From Trueperaceae bacterium (GTDB lineage Bacteria > Deinococcota > Deinococci > Deinococcales > Trueperaceae), in contig OZ243927.1 of NCBI GenBank assembly GCA_965213925.1, forward strand, positions 2,368,001-2,432,000: 64,000 bases of DNA, read 5' to 3'. Made by a program: the position numbers and the translations under genes. A model generated the notes under the pieces. That model was not told the origin of the DNA and made no database searches. It saw only the letters and a program-made list of their open reading frames with translations. Below, piece after piece: positions 60,049-64,000 of the stretch (the stretch's first letter is position 1; each line of letters begins with the position of its first letter).

Positions 60049-60264
60049 CTACTCGGAACCGCCCGGCAGGTTCTCGTCTGGCCCTTCACGTATCTCGGGC
60101 TCGGGTTGGTCGGGCACCTCTCTAGGCTCGGGCGGTGTTTCTAAGTCGTCTGGCGTCTCTATCGGTCTTTCGGTCGGTGGAGCGGCGGGCGCGTCCATCG
60201 GCGGTGCGGCGGGCGCGTCGTTCGGGCTGGGCATCGTGGGCTGCTGCGGGTTGTAGTCACTCAT
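60049..60264 (-). CDS. small Pro/Glu-rich disordered protein
   Basis: GAGGGG RBS before MSDYNP; DAPAAPP repeated. Confidence 0.55.
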   Translation of the reverse strand: MSDYNPQQPTMPSPNDAPAAPPMDAPAAPPTERPIETPDDLETPPEPREVPDQPEPEIREGPDENLPGGSE

Positions 60265-60339
60265 AGATGTATCCCCCTCTAATCTTACTATGCGCCACGT
60301 CGCGGTGAGAAACAACGTCCTTAGGCTACGATTGACCTT

Positions 60340-60831
60340 ATGGCGAAATTTAACTACGACCTAGACTTCGACAGCATCAACTTTCGCGAGCAGCCCGAAC
60401 TCTACCGCGTCGGCAGGGGGGAGCAGGGCGTTTTGAAAGTCGAGCCCTACAAGAGCGAAATCCTACCGCATTGGCGCTTTAAAACGCCCGACATTGCTGA
60501 AGAGTCTTCGGAGAAAATCCTGGAGATGTTCTACAAATATCTAGATAATGAGGACTTCGTCGGCGCGGACATGGCGCGCAAGTTCTTGCAGATGGGCTGG
60601 ACGCGCTCGAGGCGCTACGCTAACCACAAAGGCGGTAAGAAGTATAAGGGTCCAGTACCAGACGATAAAAAAGGGCAGAGCGGCGCACACGGGCGCGAAG
60701 AGAAGCCTCGAGAAATCGACGAGGAAAAAGCCAAGTCAGCGGAAATTTTTTACGAGAAGTACGTCGAGGCGCGGGAGAACGAGCGGTACAAGGAGATGAA
60801 AGAGGCGCATAAAAAGAGCAATGAGCAATGA
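60340..60831 (+). CDS. DUF4385 family protein
   Basis: YRVGRGEQGVL.VEPYKSEILPHWRFKT, DMARKFLQMG..RSRRYANH. Confidence 0.9.
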   Translation: MAKFNYDLDFDSINFREQPELYRVGRGEQGVLKVEPYKSEILPHWRFKTPDIAEESSEKILEMFYKYLDNEDFVGADMARKFLQMGWTRSRRYANHKGGKKYKGPVPDDKKGQSGAHGREEKPREIDEEKAKSAEIFYEKYVEARENERYKEMKEAHKKSNEQ

Positions 60832-60898
60832 GTAAGGACAAAGGGTTTTCACTCATTGCTCGTTTCTGATTGCTCATTGCTTTTAACTCATTGCTGTT

Positions 60899-61147
60899 TT
60901 AGTCGATCCACCCATACGTATCTTTCTCTTCACCCGGCTGATACGTCCCCTCGCGTCCGCAGTTATCGCACTTCGCTTCGACTTCTGCCGCTTCCTTGCC
61001 GCCACCGCCCTCGGCAGGGTCGCTCGCGAGTTCGACGTGGACGTCCTCAGCGCCGCAGTTGGGACACTCAGTTTTCTCGTTGCGTTGGAAAGTTTGCCAG
61101 AGAGCCTCGAGTTCGTCGTGCGTGTAGTGTTCCTGCGTGGTTGCCAT
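60899..61147 (-). CDS. small zinc-ribbon protein
   Basis: CPNC and CDNC pairs; TACACT 6 nt before ATG. Confidence 0.7.
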   Translation of the reverse strand: MATTQEHYTHDELEALWQTFQRNEKTECPNCGAEDVHVELASDPAEGGGGKEAAEVEAKCDNCGREGTYQPGEEKDTYGWID

Positions 61148-61335
61148 ACTTCAAGTGTACGTGCAACCTTTCACAAAGAAAGTAGACCGCAACCCTGTAG
61201 CGCCGCGGAGAAGTTCACAGTTCTCCGCAGAGGACGCTCACAGAAAATATGACGCTGTCCTACCCTTTCACAAGAGGTGACTCGCTATAGTTCTTGGAGT
61301 GAAGTGCGCTTTTGTACGCATTTGGAAAGGAACCT

Positions 61336-62235
61336 ATGGCACACCAGGAGAACATGCTGGGCAAAGTTTGCTTAGTCACGGGCGCAAGCTCGGGTATCGG
61401 ACACGAAATCGCGAAGGCGTTGGCGAGAACAGGCGCGACTGTCGTAACGGTCTCACGTGGCGGCGGTAGCGGCGACGAGAAGACCTCGCAGATTCGGCGC
61501 GAAACGGGCAACAGCGAGGTTACTTTCATGCCCGCTGACCTCTCGTCTATGAATGAGGTTCGTAACCTCGCGGCGCGGTTCAAGGCGCGCTTTGACAGGC
61601 TCGACGTGCTCGTTAATAACGCGGGCATCTTTATGTCCGAGCGCAAGCTCACTGAAGATGGCTTTGAAAAGACCTTCGCCTTAAACCACCTCGCGCCCTT
61701 TTTGCTGACGCACCTCTTGATGGAGCCGCTTGTCAAGAGCGCTCCTGCGCGGGTCGTCACGACTTCATCTCGAGGCGAGAGCTTTGGCAAAATGCACTTT
61801 GACGACCTGATGTTAGAGAATTACGGCGGCTGGAAAGCCTATGGTCAGTCTAAACTCGCCAACTTGCTCTTCACCTACGAACTGAGCAAGCGTCTAGCCG
61901 GCACGGGCGTTGCGGCGAACGCCTTTCATCCCGGCGGTGTGGCGACGGGTTTCGGGCTCAATAACGAGGGGTTCGTGTCGCTGCTCTTCGGTACAGTGAT
62001 AAGACCGTTTCTCAAAACGCCTGCGCAGGGAGCGCAGAGCGGCATCTACCTCGCTTCGTCACCCGAAGTTGAAGGGGTTACGGGTCGCTACTACATTGAC
62101 GAGATGCCCGCGACCTCCTCCAAACGCTCCTATGACGTGAACGCGCAGCGGCGGCTCTGGACGGAGAGCGAGCGCCTCGTCGGGTTGAGCAAAGAGGAGA
62201 GTGCACCTCTTAATCTTGCGGGCGTGAGCGCGTAG
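61336..62235 (+). CDS. short-chain dehydrogenase (retinol-DH-like)
   Basis: TGASSGIG, NNAG, YGQSKLAN, HPG. Confidence 0.93.
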   Translation: MAHQENMLGKVCLVTGASSGIGHEIAKALARTGATVVTVSRGGGSGDEKTSQIRRETGNSEVTFMPADLSSMNEVRNLAARFKARFDRLDVLVNNAGIFMSERKLTEDGFEKTFALNHLAPFLLTHLLMEPLVKSAPARVVTTSSRGESFGKMHFDDLMLENYGGWKAYGQSKLANLLFTYELSKRLAGTGVAANAFHPGGVATGFGLNNEGFVSLLFGTVIRPFLKTPAQGAQSGIYLASSPEVEGVTGRYYIDEMPATSSKRSYDVNAQRRLWTESERLVGLSKEESAPLNLAGVSA

Positions 62236-62871
62236 ATGAGTTCTTCTAGTTCTGGTCAGCCGGGTAGAACCGTGCAGCCGGACTACCCCATTTTAGAGGT
62301 CATCCGAAAGCGTTGGAGCCCGAGGGCGTTCGCGGACAAACCCGTTGAAAAGGAGAAACTCCTGAGCGTTTTAGAGGCGGCGCGGTGGGCGTCGTCCTCG
62401 AACAACCGTCAGCCCTGGCGCTTTATCGTGGCGCAAAGAGGAGAGGCGAGCTTCGAGGAGCTTCTGGGCTGCCTGCGAGAGGGTAACGTCGGCTGGGCGC
62501 AGCACGCGCCCGTCCTCGTTTTGAGCCTCGCAGAGAAAGCGTTTCCCGCGAGAGGGGACAAGCCCGCTAGGGAGAACCGCCACGCTTGGCACGACGTCGG
62601 CGCGGCGGTCAATACCCTCATCTTGCAAGCGACCGCTCTAGACTTCTACGTCCACCAGATGGCGGGTTTCTACCCCGAAAAAGCGGCGGGAGCGTTCGAG
62701 GTGCCTGAAACCTTTGAACCTGTCGCGGTCTTAGCGCTCGGCTATTTAGGCGATCCCGATAGTCTGCCCGACGCCCTGCGAGAACGTGAAGCTGCGCCGA
62801 GGACGCGCCAGCCACTGAGTGACCTTGTGTTCGGAGAGCGATTTGGTGCAAGGTGGGAGGGGTTGGAGTAA
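62236..62871 (+). CDS. nitroreductase family protein
   Basis: RWSPRAF, AARWA.SS.N.QPWRF, HQMAGF. Confidence 0.92.
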   Translation: MSSSSSGQPGRTVQPDYPILEVIRKRWSPRAFADKPVEKEKLLSVLEAARWASSSNNRQPWRFIVAQRGEASFEELLGCLREGNVGWAQHAPVLVLSLAEKAFPARGDKPARENRHAWHDVGAAVNTLILQATALDFYVHQMAGFYPEKAAGAFEVPETFEPVAVLALGYLGDPDSLPDALREREAAPRTRQPLSDLVFGERFGARWEGLE

Positions 62872-62918
62872 TACGGTTTCCGGGTGATTCCCGTAGGAAT
62901 CACCCGGAAACCGTATTA
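62869..62918. repeat. perfect 23-bp-arm palindrome (minimal MITE family B copy), likely bidirectional terminator
   Basis: TAATACGGTTTCCGGGTGATTCC-CGTA-GGAATCACCCGGAAACCGTATTA; its ends are the stop codons of both converging genes. Confidence 0.8.
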
Positions 62919-63107
62919 AATTCCCTCTGACTGCGGCATCACCAACCACAAGATGATGTAAAGAATCAGCCCGCCCCCCGAGAAAAGCGTCAGGAGCACG
63001 AATACGACGCGCACCAAAGTCGCGTCGATGTCGAAGTAGCGTGCTAAACCGCCGCATACCCCGGCAATCTTCTTGTCTAAGCTGCTGCGTACCAACCTTT
63101 TTTCCAT
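62916..63107 (-). CDS. pspC: PspC domain protein
   Basis: [24 protein letters not shown]...[10 protein letters not shown]. Confidence 0.9.
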   Translation of the reverse strand: MEKRLVRSSLDKKIAGVCGGLARYFDIDATLVRVVFVLLTLFSGGGLILYIILWLVMPQSEGI

Positions 63108-63258
63108 TTTATCCACCCCTTTTCTCAAAGTTCGTTCAAACCGTACTCTAACAGAAAAGGATGAACGTTCGGCGAAGTGGGAAAGCTGCCTGGTGCACCC
63201 GCTAGGAGCAGAGAGGTTCATCTGCTGACTTTACGCCCACAGCTCACGCCCAGACCTC

Positions 63259-63612
63259 TTATTTTGCGTGGAGGAACTCGAGCCGATTTCCGAACACGTC
63301 GTGCGTGTGAAAACGGCGCACGTTAGGAATATCGTCGCTCCATCGGAGAGAGAAGCCAGCGTCCTCTAACCTCTTCGCAAGTCCATCTAAATCTTCTACC
63401 CGAAAGGCGGGATGCGCTTTTTTAGCGGATGAGAAGGGCGTTTCGACGCCTAGATGAAGCTGATGTTCACCGACTTGAAACCAGACGCCGCCTTTAGACT
63501 TTAAGAGGTCGGGTTTCTCGAGTTCTTCTAACCCTAAGATTTCGCCGTAAAAGTAGCGAGCGTTGTTCTCTTCTCCTTGGGGCATGGCGAGTTGAACATG
63601 GTCGAGCGTCAT
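63259..63612 (-). CDS. VOC/glyoxalase family protein
   Basis: LDHVQLAMP, QLHLGVE, HPAF, DVFGNRLE. Confidence 0.9.
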   Translation of the reverse strand: MTLDHVQLAMPQGEENNARYFYGEILGLEELEKPDLLKSKGGVWFQVGEHQLHLGVETPFSSAKKAHPAFRVEDLDGLAKRLEDAGFSLRWSDDIPNVRRFHTHDVFGNRLEFLHAK

Positions 63613-63678
63613 AAGTGCCTCCAGGCTCGAGTCTGTACCTCTTCTATATGATTTGAAAGCGTTAAAATCATTCTAAAT

Positions 63679-64000
63679 GTAACCTAAGTTCGGAGTTTCC
63701 AAATAGCATAAGCATCTCCTAGAATGAGGGTGTTGAAGGCTCAAAAAAGGAGATGCTTAGGACGAGTTTACTAGAATTGTTCTGCGAGGTGGATGACTTC
63801 TGCAGAGGCTTCGCGCTCTGGGCACATAAACAGCAGCTTGCTGAGAGTAGAAAGCGTGGTCCTAAGTGCCGCTTGAGCGTAAGCGAAGTGATGACGATCA
63901 TGATTCACTTTCACAGTTCAGGCTACCGAGATTTCAAGAGCCACTACCAGAAACACGTGTGCAAGCAGCTTAAAGGTGAGTTTCCAGCACTGGTATCGTA
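63679..64000 (+). mobile_element. IS982-family element (copy 2), cut by the window edge
   Basis: Nearly identical to 36919 onward, including the left TIR and transposase 5' end. Confidence 0.92.

Noticed and set aside
59479..60831. RNA-repair operon around kptA
   Set aside because: No rtcB, ligase or Ro/Y-RNA genes adjacent; neighbours are ordinary enzymes
889..63057. many 60-230 aa antisense or alternate-frame ORFs in the track
   Set aside because: Shadow ORFs expected in high-GC DNA, overlapping well-supported genes

Overview
High-GC bacterial chromosomal window. Gene content (cinA-recA-rny, pyrR-pyrB-pyrC, TAXI-TRAP), many apparently leaderless genes and ATACGG...CCGTAT-type repeats point to Deinococcota, possibly Truepera-like (inference). 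Most of it is ordinary metabolic and envelope genes. The exception is an accessory island at about 32.6-38.85 kb beside the pyrR leader. It holds (i) a 4-TM membrane protein followed by a stand-alone, short DndC-like PAPS-reductase-family enzyme with no other dnd genes in the window, (ii) an MNT-HEPN toxin-antitoxin pair, (iii) a PD-(D/E)xK-like nuclease gene that can be rebuilt (305 aa) by removing two small insertions, coupled by an ATGA overlap to a UPRTase/PRTase-fold gene cut by an IS982, and (iv) two IS982-family elements. Pairs (i) and (iii) are the best candidates for undescribed anti-phage or conflict systems. Other notable signals are a candidate ~105-nt sRNA at 19.66-19.77 kb, an ECF sigma/anti-sigma locus with three matching promoter motifs and paralogous beta-propeller proteins, three MITE families with mostly 3-bp target duplications, and single-base frameshifts (recA, an acyl-CoA dehydrogenase, the HEPN gene) that may be sequencing errors. 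No rRNA, tRNA or CRISPR array was seen. All family assignments are from motif recognition by eye, not database searches.
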